Position numbers and translations under genes: made by a program. Positions 22,736 to 36,606 of a DNA stretch of 64,000 nt are shown here, piece by piece. The stretch comes from Hemiscyllium ocellatum (taxonomy: Eukaryota). The notes beneath the pieces were generated by a model. The model was not told the DNA's origin, searched no databases, and saw only the letters and a list, made by a program, of their open reading frames with translations. The number at the start of each line of letters is the position of its first letter. The first letter of the stretch is position 1. The stretch lies in the NCBI RefSeq assembly GCF_020745735.1, contig NC_083436.1:30837299-30901298 (forward strand), read 5' to 3'.

Positions 22736-24359
22736 TCTAGAGTTTTACAACACACTGGCTCCACCCTACCTGGACATAGCCTTCTATTCTAGTGAAAGTC
22801 ATAGAACAAATCTACATTGCAAGGCAAAAGTAACTTGATTAATGTTGATGAGTGAATGGATCAGTTATGAAAAAAAATAGGAAAAAACTGTATTCGAGTT
22901 CTCTCGAATATTAATTACATCATGTTTATAAAGATAGCCAAAATATTACAATTGAACAAGGTCAGATGTGAAATTTAAATTTGCTGTATATATTAGAGCA
23001 TGTTTTATAATTAAAGAATGATAGCTATTTAAATAATCTGTTGTGAAGGTTAATTGAGTCAAGCATTTTTAGGGATACTCAAAATGCAGTTAATATGCAC
23101 AAAACTATAGTAATAGAAGAATAATTCCAATATTTTTCATGCCCTTGATTTTTTTTTGTATCTTCATGAATAAAAGGTGAGATAAAGAGGGAGAAAAAGA
23201 TGGAACATTCAAAAATATTTAACTTCTACTTGTTAGCTCAGAAATTATTTCAGCTACAAAACCAAAGCAATTTGCATTTGTGCCATTTAAATCTGGTTAA
23301 AATATAAAAAAAAGTTTAAGAATGCTTCACAATAGAAATAGATGCCAATGTATGGAGAGAGGAAATCAAAGTGACAAAACAAATGAATTTAAGTTTTGAA
23401 AATTGAAGGAAGAGATAGAGGGGCAAAAGGATTCAGGCACAGTGAAGCATAACTAGTTGGAACTGTTTTTACTAGTTCTTATACAAGATTTGAATTTCCA
23501 ATAGACTATCGATGCTATCGTCATACAGCAGCAACATTAAAAATAATTGTGCACAAGTAGAGACATAGGAACAAGGGTATACAGTTTAACCTTTTGAGTG
23601 TGATCTACCGTTCAGTGAGATCATGGCTAATCTGTGACCTAACCCTGTACAACCATCCTTACCCAAATCCCTTAATACCTTTGCCTAACAAAAAAAAATC
23701 CATTGATCTCAAATTTAAATGAACAATTGATCGAGTATCACTTCCCATTTGTGGAATTTATTTTTGGCAAAATTAATATTGAAATTGATATCATTTGGGT
23801 TTATCTAACAATGCCATTCTGGCAAACGTTTTCCAAGGTTTTTTAGCAGTCATCTAAAGCACTTTTTTTTTGTTTGTTTGAACTCTTTTCATGATGAAAA
23901 TTTTTTACACAACAATTATAAATACAAAACAAAACCTTAAATTTTAATAATTAAGAATGAGAAATTCGACCTCTTTATTTGAGATCCAGGTTAAAAATAC
24001 AAAAACATACTGCACCTGAGAATTCATGAATTTAAGGAATATCTTGAGATAGCTTTGTCATTGGTCCAAATGGGTACCCAATCCGATTGCATAGGTTTTA
24101 AGACAGGAATCTTGTTATTTTACGGGATTTGTGTGGAATTTAGGATGTCTGGGAGACTTATGACCCTGTTGATTTATGACAATTTCCCTGAACACAACAA
24201 TGAGACTTCAGTCCTCTGCATTTTTCTGTCTCTGTTGATGTTGGATTGCTTGTCCTTCTTTATATACAGTCACATACAACATTTCACAACAAAAGCATTA
24301 CTTTTCTGCATATACCTGATATTATCTAACTGATTGCAATCAGAAAACTTTCAGGATTG

Positions 24360-24456
24360 TTTTCGAGTCTTGAAAGGTTAACTATGTTTTCTTCCTACAG
24401 ATCCTGCCAGACCTGCTGAGTTTTGCCAGTAATTTCTGTTTAATTATTTCCAGATT
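24360..24456 (+). mobile_element. Degenerate Penelope terminal fragment, family D
   Basis: GTCTTGAAAGGTTAAC...GATCCTGCCAGACCTGCTGAGTTTTGCCAGTAATTTCTGTT. Confidence 0.6.
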
Positions 24457-26590
24457 CATGCTCCTCCTTGGTGATATTAGATGCCATATCTAGGCTAATG
24501 GCATTTACATCCACATATTTGAACCTAACCATGTGTGTGATAAAGGTTTAAAATACATGATGATTATTTGAGGTCATGAGTTCTGAAGTAGAAGTAAATG
24601 GGATTTGGTTTTCAGTTTTGTACATTTTCTTTTATATAAGGATTGAAGGAAGCCATCCAGTTTCTGGAAACTTCAACTTATACAAAACCGTTGCTTGTAA
24701 CTAATCTAGTGGAAAGTTCTACTCACACCTCACTTCTATCCTGACTGACACATATTGCCCGTTGGCTCCCCTACATGCTTCTGTGCTCCATTCTGTACCT
24801 TTCTCCAGCCCCAAACTCATCATGCCCACTTCATGTTCCTCTGATTGTTGTTCTGAGTTCTTTCTTGCTGTATTACCATGAGTGACTAAGCCTCACCTGT
24901 CCAGGCTTGACACTTTAGATCTCTGCTTTACTTAAAGTCCACAAGCTCCCCAGTTTCCTCTCTTTCCCTAAGAGCTTATTTAACAGTCTCATCTTTGATC
25001 AATATTCATGGACCACTTTTAATATCTTGTACTATGTCTTGATGTTCATGTATATTCCAGATTTAACTTCTGAACAGCTGTGGGAGCTTTATATACATTA
25101 AAATTTCATTATGAATATACATCTATGGTGTTTCCATAACAGTCTATCTCAGTAATTCAGGTAACTGGAAACCAAATAACCAGATTTGTTGAATGACCCT
25201 GAAAAGAAAGAGTTATCAACAATGTTTCACTTCTTGTGACTTTTACTTTAGCACATCATAATAAACATATATGAGGGATTAATTTACCGGGAAATATTAA
25301 TTAAAAGGATCCATTTTACTCCAAAAGTTGATGATACAAAGATATATCTCATAAAACCACAATCATCTGTTGCATTTCTCTCAGACAGGGGCACCACGTA
25401 AAGATCCAAAGATCTTTTAATCAGCCTGTCCTAGATAGAATCTCTCATTTTCTCATTCAATAGATTTGGATGCCAAGTCAAATACTGTCAGCTATATTTG
25501 ATCTGCAATGTCCAGAAACAGTTGTCATTTGAACAATATACTCCTGCAAAACCCTCTTAGCTTGGTTCACAATGATCTCGATGGCACAGATTTGCTTTTA
25601 TGCAATCTCTTTACTAAAGCTTGTTAAATGATCTGGTTGACGCTGGAAAACGTTTATTGCAGCTGCAGTAAAATAATATAATTCACAATCTCAGCTCTAA
25701 CCTGATGTTTAGATTTCTGTCCAATTCAACGGTGTTACACACACAGTTTTTTTCTAAAAGTCCCTTCTGTGTTCTCCCTTCTACTCCAACCAACCCTTGT
25801 CTGCAGCTCTCCAATGGCTCTGCACAAAGCCTCTTGACTTTCTTCCTGTTGTTATCAATTCCAGGTCATAGCTCACATGGACCAGCATCTCTTATTGTCC
25901 AAGAATATTACAATGAATCCTTTACAACTGATGTGAATTTGTAAAAGTTATTATCAAGCATTCTTAAAAACAATTAGATGCCACAGATAATTTAAATAAA
26001 TTACAAGATTTTCTTGCTTTATTGCTTCCATCACAGTCTACATAACCTTCAAAGGTTTCTAAAGTGGGGGATTCTGTTCAATTATGTACTGTCATTCTTT
26101 GAATCTGGTATATAGTAGTTATTGTATCCTGTACCAAGCTAGAAAGGTAATTGCAAATTTCAAGTATCAGAATCTCACTGTTATTTTCCACAAAGTGTAT
26201 GCCACAGAAAGTGTCAGGGATATAGCTTCCACGTTGACAGAATCCACTTTTATGAGATTCTCAGCAGCAGAAGAAGCTGCATTACTATTTAATCTGGAAA
26301 ACTCTTCCTAACAACATTGTGTGTACATAGCTCTCCCTTTCACACCCATGAACTTCAGTGATTCAGGAAGTCATCTCACCACCACCTGCTCAAAGGGAAT
26401 TAGGGTTAGGATAAACGCTGTTGAGCTAGTGATGCCTACATTCCACAAACAAATAAAAACATAACAGTAAAACAATTAAGTTTCTTCTCATAAAAAGGAA
26501 AAAAATATAATCTGATGTTGAGAACAAAATGGATTCTAAAATAATTTATAAGACTATTGGAAAGTTAGCCTTTATTTCAAAGTCTGAAGT

Positions 26591-26668
26591 CACACAACAC
26601 CAGGTTATAGTCCTACAGATTTATTTGAAATCACAAGTTTTCGGAGCACTGCTTATTTGTCAGGGGAA
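26591..26668 (-). mobile_element. Penelope terminal fragment, family B, degenerate HHR
   Basis: CACACAACACCAGGTTATAGTCC...AAGTTTTCGGAGCACTGCTTATTTGTCAGG matches the reverse complement of 3071-3158. Confidence 0.75.
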
Positions 26669-27543
26669 GTGAAGGGAAACACACAGGCACAATGCTGCAA
26701 CCAGGTTGAAACTTTTCAAATAATCTTCCAATCACAACTTGGTTGTGAGCACATGGGGTACACAATTTCCACAGCTTTCATTTTATAAAGTTGTATTTAT
26801 TAAAATTTAATAAGGACTTATTAAATGGGGAATTTCTTTACCATAAATGTTTTTGTATTCCATGCAAAATTTGATTGTGTGGTGTAAAATTTGATCTATA
26901 CCATATTTTCTGCATGGGGTCACAATTTGTAACCTGCCTACATCTGTTGAAGTGAAAGTGGGTAGCATGCAAATGTAGTGCTGTTGACTGATTTATCTAA
27001 TGTTTAGTGTACGTTAGAGTGGTGCCAGCACTATTGCATGTCTTAGTGCTCAGTAGGAAACCAAGTAGAGTTTGTTAATAGTGGTGGTATTATCAGGAAG
27101 CTGCACTGATTTACACCAAGATGTTGCTAAATATCACTGCTTCATTTGTGAACAAGGAACACAGTAGGAAAGAGAGAGGGAGAGAAGGCTTTAGGCTTGC
27201 AAGTGTGATGCTAGAGGTATTGGAGGTGGAAGTGAACAGAGGAGAGCTGCTCTGTTTCCCTGGATAGTCACAAGGACCATCTAAAGAAAGGTTAGATGCA
27301 GGTGTCCAGGGAGGTCAGTTGTGTGCATCTGGAGTTGCAATACAAGAGATCTAAGGTCAGTCAAGGTAGAGTCATATTATAACTTCTGCTAATCTCCCAC
27401 ACCTGATCAATGGACCACAATAATTCCTGGGAACTTATGATTCCCAGCCAACATCCAGCAAATTTTAAGGATGAAAGTGCTGGAAGAAATTCTCCTGGTT
27501 GTTCATTGCAGAAGATATCTTGCAGCTCAGTTGTTCTCAAAGT

Positions 27544-27872
27544 TAGAATAGAATGATAGAATCCCTACAGTGTGGAAGCAGGCTATTCAGTCCATCGAAT
27601 TCACAATGACTCTCCAAACAGCATCCCACCTAGACCTGCCCCCTATCCTATCTTTGTATTTACCAAGGCTAACCCACCTAACTTGCCCATCCCTAGTCAC
27701 GATGGTGAATTCCTGATGAAGGGCTTTTGCCCGAAATATCGATTTTCCTGCTTCTCGGATGCTGCCTGACCTGCTGTGCTTTTCCGGCACCACTCTGATC
27801 TCCAGCATCTGCAGTACCCACCTCCATCCTGATGCTGTGAGGCAGCATTGAGAACCACTGAGTCACTGTGCT
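27544..27872 (-). mobile_element. Diverged HE1-like SINE interrupted by a Penelope fragment
   Basis: The SINE tail (27544-27700) and head (27828-27872) flank the Penelope piece. Confidence 0.75.
27708..27825 (+). mobile_element. Penelope terminal fragment, family A, with HHR (ATAT tetramer variant)
   Basis: TTC-CTGATGA-A-GGGC-tttt-GCCC-GAAA-TA-TC-GA followed by the family A 3' end. Confidence 0.85.
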
Positions 27873-27909
27873 ATCCTCTGGTGACCTGTGAGATTCTTTG
27901 AGGTGTTTT

Positions 27910-28170
27910 CTTTGAATTTCAAATCCCTAACGCATAATGTCTGGAATTAAAAGTCTAAAGATGACCATGAAACCATTGTAAATGTTTGGAAGAAACCCAT
28001 CTGGTTCATTGATATCCTTCAGGGAAGGAGCTCGTTACTTGGTCTGGCCACTCGTGACTCCAGACTCACAGCAATATAGTTGACTTGTAACTGCCCTTTT
28101 GGCAACTAGGAATGGACAATAAATGCTGGGCTAGCCAGTGACAGCCAGATAACCCATGAATAAAAAAGAG
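27910..28170 (+). mobile_element. Shark SINE-like repeat (GATGACCATGAAACCATTG / GCAATAAATGCTGG family)
   Basis: Related copies at about 35200-35380 (+), 43690-43905 (-) and 51105-51720 (-, split by an HE1 SINE). Similar tail at 48590-48905. Confidence 0.65.
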
Positions 28171-30484
28171 AAAGACCAGGTACATGACATCAGACAGCCA
28201 GGCAGTTTTGCAAGTGTGCAACTCAGGTAATTTTAAGCACAGGTAACAACAACGTGGTTTTATAACCAAGACTTACATTACTGTTGCAATGTTCAATGGT
28301 GAGATTAGATTTTTAACTCTTGCGGGCTGAAATGAAGAAGAAGTGCCAGCTGAATGCTAATGCTTGATATGGGTCACCAGCTTGAAATCAGACACTGCAT
28401 AATTGGTACCTCAGCTAAAGCTGCACCATTCTTCCTACTAATTCTGCAGTGGGAAAGAAAATGCAGGTGGACTAGACCTAATAGGAGGTCATTGAAATCT
28501 TTTGTCCCGATGTCAGTGGCCACTGAACAAGGAATACTTGAGGAATTTGTATTACTGAATCATGTCCTGTTTGACTCCTAACCTCTGTTATCTCATCTTA
28601 GGTAAATGTGCTACTTTACATTATATCTTGTCAGGGAAATGTTTCTCCCTTTTTTTAAATTAGTATCATGTGTTATTTCTGATGCACTTACATGTTGTCA
28701 ATGGACAAGACAGGGTTTGACTGAGATGCCACAGTGATACAATAATCTGGTATCCAGATTAACACAAAGAAGGATTGCTGTTGACAGTTGAAATGGAAAC
28801 CAACAGAAGTCAGTGACTTTGGGAGAGAAGGGTGGGAGATAAATGAAGATATGAAAAATGAATATTGCAAATTCCTGTTGAAATAGGGATGCAATGTCTC
28901 AGTAAATTCTGTGTATTCTTATCTATCTTGGACATGTAATGATACTATCTGGTCATCCTCTTTCTCATTGATTAAAACAGTTTAGTTTCAAGCCAACTTA
29001 CTTGTGCCTATACTTTTTGTGACAATAGCTTTGTGATCCAGAAGTAGGTGCAACACTTGTCATACTGATCCAGGTTCAGGTATGAAATTCAAACAGATAT
29101 CCATCAGCAGTATTGCTACACTGTCAATTATTGAAAAAGTTAGCTGTTTGTTGTAACATATACAAGAAACTCCCCTTACACATGTGCACACATATACCTT
29201 GTCATTAACTGCCACATTTTGGGATCTTTGACTATTTGATGAAGGAAGATTTTTTTTTAATAATTTATATGAGGATGGTGGTATTAAATTCAATTAATCA
29301 CAAAGGATTAAATTCTCATTCTAGGAATGTAAATTAGTTCCACTTCATGTAGCATATGTTGAAAAGTTTATTTGTTTGAAAATGATTGGTTAGAAGATCT
29401 TAAAGCAGATGTTCCAGCCACTACTGTAAGATAGATCTCTGTTTGCCAGCTCAGCACAAGCATCAACACATTTAAAACAAACGCAAAGGCATTTATTTGC
29501 TAATTTTGCTCAGGGGTCATGGGGTTCTACAACTCAACTGTTTGCACAACTTTGTTTGATCCATTGAGTGTGGTGCAGCTTATCCTGGTGGGCAATTACT
29601 TTTATTTTAAATTAAATCAGAAGAGTAAACCTTACTCTTATTGGTTCTTGGGATATGGGTGCCCTGTTATTATCCATTCTTTATTGCTTTCAGAATAAGA
29701 TAATGGGACTTTCTTCTGAAATTGCTCCAGTCTTTGTGGCAATGGCACTCCAAAAGTGGTGTTGAATTCCTGAATTCTGACTTGAGCATGATTCAGGTTG
29801 AAGGATCGGCACTACATGTCCAAGCCAGGATGGTTTGTGACATGGAGGACAGTTTGTGTGTGTTCGTACGTTAAAACACTTTTATATTTTCAGTCTCAGT
29901 GCCGATATGGCTGGCCCAGTTAATTTTCTGGAAAACTCTTGTTCACAGAAATATTTGTTGCACATGTTGGCTTGGAATTGCATTGTTGATCTTGAACAGA
30001 CTTATCTACAGTCAATTTCCATTAGATAAAGACACAGCAATCAAAGTGCCCTTTCAAAACAGATATGCAATTTACTCAGGAAGTTGGAAACATGTTTCTA
30101 GAAATTGGGCATCAAAGTTTACAAAGTTCTTTGTTTGCTCTGTTGCATATTATCAAAAGTGACCACAAAATTATAGAGAAACCATGAATGAAGGTTCACG
30201 AGTCATAAAAAAACTACGTGAAGTCATGTGATGAACAGCAACCATATTAATCAATCATGTGATATATGGAACCTCAATGATTAATAACAGTTAAGGAATT
30301 AAAGCTTCAACTCAGGACAACATGTCTACCAGATATGTAATATGTAATTGGTAATATGTTCAATACCGCTGAACAATGTGGTAAGTTAATGGAGGAGTTG
30401 AAGCTATCTTTACTTTGTCACCTTTTTTGGTGCTTGAGTTATTACCTTTTCTCACTTGACCATGAGTCACAGACAAGAGTCATA

Positions 30485-30813
30485 TTAGATTAGATTCCCT
30501 ACAGTATGGAAACAGGCCCTTCAGCCCAACAAGTCCACACTGACTCTTCGAAGAGTAACCCACCCAGACCCATTTCCCTACCCTATATTTACCCCTGACT
30601 AATGCACCTAACACTATGGACAATTTAGCATAGCCAATTTACCTGGCCTACACATCTTTGGACTGTGAGAGGAAACCGGAGCACCCGGAGGAAACTCACG
30701 CAGACACGGGGAGAACGTGCAAACTCCACATAGACAGTCGTCCAAGGCCCGAATTGAACCCAGGCCCCTGGTGCTGTGAGGCAGCAGTACTAACCACTGA
30801 GCCACAGTGCTGC
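30485..30813 (-). mobile_element. HE1-like V-SINE
   Basis: Full-length reverse-complement copy. Confidence 0.9.
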
Positions 30814-31778
30814 TTCATTATATTTTCATTTATTAGTGGCTCAAGATAAACTCACTTCTTTTTCTACATTCATGTTTTTAATGGATTAGATTATTTATTT
30901 TTTCCACTGGGGAATGAATATTCTTAAAATATGAATGGATTTAATTGAATAATATTTTACTTGTGATATCACCATAACATCTTTTAAGGTCAAGCCACTT
31001 TCACCACCAAAGCATTACATGTTTCTGTGTTATTAAAACTAAACCGGGGATACAATTAATGCTAGTTCATGGACTTGAATACATGCTTTAGATAACATGC
31101 TATGATGTTTTAAATAATTGCTTTTGAAGAAGCAAAGAGACTCAACCTGTTAGTTGAACTGAAGGTCATCTGACAACTAGTACATTCTGAAGGGTACTGC
31201 GGGGGGGGGGGGGGGGGGAAGATGGGCATTTATTCCCTCGACGGAAACCACAAAAATGGATGGCCACTTTATTATTTTTGCACTGAGTGCTGCTATAGCC
31301 ACTATTAATGTAACCATCCGAGATGGGAGCAATATGAGACAGCATCATGTTGTACTCAGAAAAGTGATAGCTCTTCAATATAACCAGCATCAGGCTGCCT
31401 TGAGGTCAATCCTTTCTGCCACTTGTGATTCTCACAGCCTCATGTTCTAATTCCTCTTCAATACTATTCTTTTCTATCATCCTTACCTCGGTAGCTTATA
31501 TTAAATTCATAGCCTTCTGCTTTTTCTAAAACAAAACAAGCATCACGATTAAGCAGCAATATAAATGCAGGTCAGTATTTATTTGGAGATGTAATCAGAA
31601 TTATGCATCACGGTAATAACAACCAGTATATATAAATCTGTGTTGCTGTACCCTTCTTCATAAAAGTACAGCGAGGCTAATAACCCTTGACTAAAACTAG
31701 ATGGTTATATAGTTGCAAAGTTTTGGTAGGAAAACACAGCTTTTAGCAGGAATCTTTACACCCACTGCAATACCTTTT

Positions 31779-32062
31779 ATTAGATTCCTACAGTGTGGAA
31801 ACAGGCCCTTTAGCCCAACCCTCTGAAGAGTAACCCACCCAGACCCATTTCCCTCTGACTAATGCACCTAACACTATGGGCAATTTAGCATGTCCAATTC
31901 ACCTAACCTGCACATCTTTGGACTGTAGGAGGAAAGCAGAGCACACCCACACAGACAGGGGGAGAATGTGCAAATTCCACACAGACAGTCACCCAAGGCT
32001 GGAATTGAACCCAGGACCCTGGCGCTATGACACAGCAGTGCTAACCACTGAGCCACCATGCT
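31779..32062 (-). mobile_element. HE1-like V-SINE
   Basis: Reverse-complement copy. Confidence 0.9.
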
Positions 32063-32998
32063 CGGAGACTGGATTAAATTATATTGCATTTGTAATGTTG
32101 TCTATTTAATCATGAATAGAGACATATTAAATAACACAGATTATAACATTCTGAAGGATTTAAATGTTTGCTTTTAGTTGCCAGTTGGAAATACAGGACT
32201 CTAAAGCTTCATGTGTTCATGTTTCCCATTCAGGAAAAATACCATAGGAACTGGCAGAATGTTAATACTATGTTGTCTGCACCAGCTACAGCTATCAGGT
32301 GTTGAAATAAATTCTGAATTAAACACACCTTCATGCAAAAATTATGGTGTTGACTATTACATAAGATAAAAGCTATAACTGTGTGTTGTCAATGCAAGAT
32401 TCAATTGCTAAACATTCAAGCAGCTTTATATTAAGAATTCATTTATACTTTTGCTACTGGTCAAAGACAAAATTGATTCACTCAAGCAGAACTTTCTTTT
32501 ACAGTGCCTGCCACAGAATCAAATTATTGTGGCCAGGGTGCTTTGCGCTGGCCATTGAGAAAGCAGGTGCTCTGTGTGTGTTTATAAACTGTCCAAGAGG
32601 TCTTCAGCACTTTATTAACCCAGTTAATGAAATGGCATTTGACACCACTTTGAAGCTGTCATCTCCACAATCAGGATTCTTAACAGGACCTTATCAGCAG
32701 GGAAAGAACTTGCTGCCCTTTAGCTGGTTACTTACTAATGGAAATTCAGCCCTTCAAGCCTATTCTACCATTCAACTCAATCCCCTCAACTCCATTGACA
32801 GACCTTGGTTCTATCACTATTAAATCCATTGCCAAACCAAGTTCCATTAACCACTGTTTTAAATTTTCAACAGATCTAACCTGATCTGTTTTGGTGGGAC
32901 AGTTTCTTGGATCTTCTACATTGAAGCATTTTCATCCCTGAATGGCCTCTCATTTTAAGCATGTGCCTCCTTCTTTTAGGCTTCCCCACCAGAGGGAA

Positions 32999-33522
32999 TA
33001 GAGTCATAGAGTCATAGAGATGTACAGCATGGAAACAGATCCTTCGGTCCAACTTGTCCATGCTGACCAGATATCCCAATCCAATCTAGTCCCACCTGCC
33101 AGCACCTTGCCTGTATCCCTCCAAACATCCCTTCTTATTCATATACCCATCCAAATGCCTTTTAAATGTTGCAATTGTACCAGCCTCCACCACATCCTCT
33201 GGCAGCTCATTCCATACACGTACCACCCTCTGTGTGAAAACGTTGCCCCTTAGGCTCTTTTGTATCTTTCCCCTAAACCTTTGCCCTCTCATTCTGGACT
33301 CCCCGACCCTAGGGAAAAGACTTTGTCTATTTATCCTATCCATGCCCCTCATAATTTTGTAAACCTCTATAAGATCACCCCTCAGCCTCCGATGCTGCAG
33401 GGAAAACAGCCCCAGCCTGTTCAGCCTCTCCCTGTAGCTCAAACCCTCCAACCCTGGCAACATCCTTGTAAATCTTCTCTGAACCCTTTCAAATTTCACA
33501 ACATCTTTCTGATAGGAAGGAG
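32999..33522 (-). mobile_element. CR1/HER1-like LINE 3' fragment
   Basis: ERVQRRFTRMLPGLEGLSYRERLNRLGLFSLQHRRLRGDLIEVYKIMRG...FTQRVVRVWNELPE; (CTATGACT)n tail. Confidence 0.92.
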
Positions 33523-36304
33523 AGCAGAAGTTTCTCCAAAGGATTTAACAGCCATAAGAAAGCACATGGGCGGAGGCACCTCCAGTTTTCCTGCAATCTC
33601 AGAATGAGAACTAAGGTGTCTGAGGAGATGACATCCATTTTCACATTTATTATCACATGTACTCAAATGAGTGTAGTGAAAAGTTGACAAGTCGCCACTT
33701 ACAACACCATCTTTGGTACATGTTTGTTTGATAACTTTGATAAAGGATTCTAAAATAACCAGTGGTCCTTTAAATATATAAAGTATTCCATAAAATAGGG
33801 CATTTCCTATTGAGCTTTAAACAATGTCATTAACTTCTCACTATCTGCCCCCAACCTGATTAATAATCTTAATCATCAGTTAACTCAGTTTCAATATTCA
33901 ATAAGCAAGAGAACACAAGTCCAGTTTATATCAACTGTCCTCATAATTTAATCCTTTTAACTCTAGTATTATTCCAATGATACCATGCTGCACTCACCTC
34001 AAGGTCAATATATCCCCCCAAGAAACAATAGAGAGCAAAATTCAATATTCTAAATGGGTTATAATTGTTTTTTAGATTACTAGCACAGATTGAAATTTAT
34101 GAGCAACCCTTCTTCCCACTGTCCCAGATCACACCATCCCCACATCCTACTCTCAGAATCAGATTGGCAGGCTGATGTGGGGTTTGCTACTTAATGGCCA
34201 GTTCAGGGATTCCTGCTTCTACTGGATGTAGGGATTTAGCCCACAGAGGGAAATGACCATGTCAACTGAACAGCCTGACATCTTTCATTGCTCAGCTACT
34301 GGCACTTTGGGCCCCTGTGTCCAATCGAGTCCTCCCCAAGATCATCTACCCCCAACGTCCTTCCCACTTGCATTGTTCAGCCCAATGGCTATGCCACTTA
34401 TGAAGGCCTACCAACCTGGCCCTGGGCCCACTTCTCTTCACAATGATTGCCGTTGTGGTCTATAAACAATCCTAGCAATGGCCAATGATCCCAGTGGCTC
34501 TGCTGGAACCGGACAGAGCTTCCTCTGCAGATGGGTGCAGAGGTTCCTCTTTAAATAAAGCAATCGCCAAAAGCCTGCTAAATGGTTCTGGTACAAACTG
34601 GCCAAATGTGGAGGGCTTGTCTCGGGCTTTTAATGAGCGTGGTGGGGGGTGATGGTGAGGGGATGGGGGGAATGTCGCTTGGTCAGAGATTCTTTCCTCT
34701 CATTTTAAATCCAGCATGCAACTGTTAGCCTTTTGTATCTCTTTCTGACTGGTACAACAGATGTGGTGATGCAAGCTGCACTCACTCATCACTATTTATA
34801 TGTTTCAGCGCTGTTATTGTCATCAGAGAGGGTAGAGGATGATACTGGCAGCCAATTTTAGGAGAGAGGAAATGGCAGGATGCTTTATTCACTGCTCGGA
34901 AATTTCACGGGTTTTATAGAGGAAGTCTAGGCTGTGCAAGCAGACTGGCCTTGCTACAGATCAAAATTAGCTTTGCATTGATGTAAAATTGGTTGACAAA
35001 CTGCATGAGTTATTTAAGTGATTTGATTTTATTGCTCGAGTTTCTAAGATGTTCTGGAACTGTTGCCAATGTTTTGCAAATCTCATTCTCACAGTCTACC
35101 TATTTCCCCATGAAAATCCATTCAAACCAGAGACTTTGAAAACTATTGTTAAGGTGCGGGATAGTGATTGGGCAAGTGATTACGGAACTGGACAAGGAAC
35201 CGAGAAGCCTTAAATTCAAAATCCCATAATGTTGAGTTGAGAAATTGATTGATTAAATCTGGTAATTTGTTGGGTAGCGCAAGACAAAATAACTTCAGAT
35301 ACTGCCACAATCTGTTCATTAATTTCCTTCAGGGAAGGAACCTGTCATTTGGTTCATGATTCGTATTCCACGCTAAAGGGATGATCTTCACCCATGGCCT
35401 GGAAACGTTTGTTAAAAAAAATGTCAAGCAGTTATCTAATGTGTCTAGTTCAACTCATACTCACTGGGATTGTGAGCATAACATTTAACTTCTGAAATCA
35501 CAAGTACCACCAAAACTCTGTGGCCACTTGCTGAATCAGAAAGGCTCCAATGTTTATAATATTGACAATCACTGATGAGTCATAAGTAATTTAAACTAGT
35601 TCTGCAAGATACATATTGTAATGATGAATTAGAGTTTGTTCTCGAAGTGCAATTAGACTTCCCTTTGCATGTTTGATAAGCTTTTATATCTCTGTGTGGA
35701 AAGCTGCTAAAAATGCAAACTGGTATCTGAAGGATGAAACTGGGCAACTTAGGGCCCCAGTGACAACATATTTCATATTTAATGGATTCTAAATTAAGCA
35801 GTCCAGGAAATGCAAAGAAAGTGTACACTAGAATGAATGAATTTAATGTCAAATCAGGTGCAGAAAGAGAAATAAAAAAAGATGGTAAGAATGATTGTTT
35901 TGGCGGGGGGGAGGGGTTAAGAAGAACAAAATAAATTAAATAATAAATATAACTGTTATAAATCTCCAGGCAACTTATTTTTTTAAAGAGTCTCTTCAGT
36001 TTATCCATGCCATTTATCACAGATCTCTGAGCCCACTCTTGTAAGTTTTTTGTGCACCCACTCCAAAGTCATCACATCCCCCCCTAAAGTGTTGTCTCCA
36101 GAATTGAACACATTATGGCAGTTGGGACTAAATCAGTGTTTTATGTTAATCATAACTTCTTTAAATGTATACTCTATGTTTTGATCATAGCCCTTTCATT
36201 GGTGCTTATAGCAGAGCATCTGATCAATAGCTACCTCAGGGCAGACTAGCAATAAGTAAAATTATTGTGAAAAGCCAGTAAGGATTAAACTCCATCAAAT
36301 AATA

Positions 36305-36606
36305 TTAGATTAGATTCTCTACAGTGTGGAAACAGGCCCTTAAGCCCAACAGGTCCACACTGACCCTCCAAAGAGCAACCAACCCAGACCCATTCCCCCA
36401 CCCCACATTTATCCTGACTAATGCACATAACACTATGAGCAATTCACCTGACCAGCATATCTTTGGATTGTGGGAGGAAACCAGAGCACCCAGAGGAAAT
36501 CCATGCAGACACGGAGAGAATGTGCAAACTCCACACAGACTGTTGCCCGAGGTGGGAATCAAACCCAGGCCCCTGGTGCTGTAAGGCAACAGTGAGCCAC
36601 CATGCT
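36305..36606 (-). mobile_element. HE1-like V-SINE
   Basis: Reverse-complement copy. Confidence 0.9.

Larger units (their letters stand above)
20962..23898. repeat. Tandem segmental duplication, two copies of about 1.47 kb (20962-22434 and 22435-23898)
   Basis: Both copies start TAATGCAGATCACAACTTTTTAAAAA and end CTCTTTTCATGATGAA. They are colinear with scattered substitutions and small indels. Confidence 0.97.

Noticed and set aside
27733-27740. ATAT replacing ACGT as apparent covariation in the HHR tetramer
   Set aside because: Equally explained by CpG deamination on both strands, so not counted as covariation.
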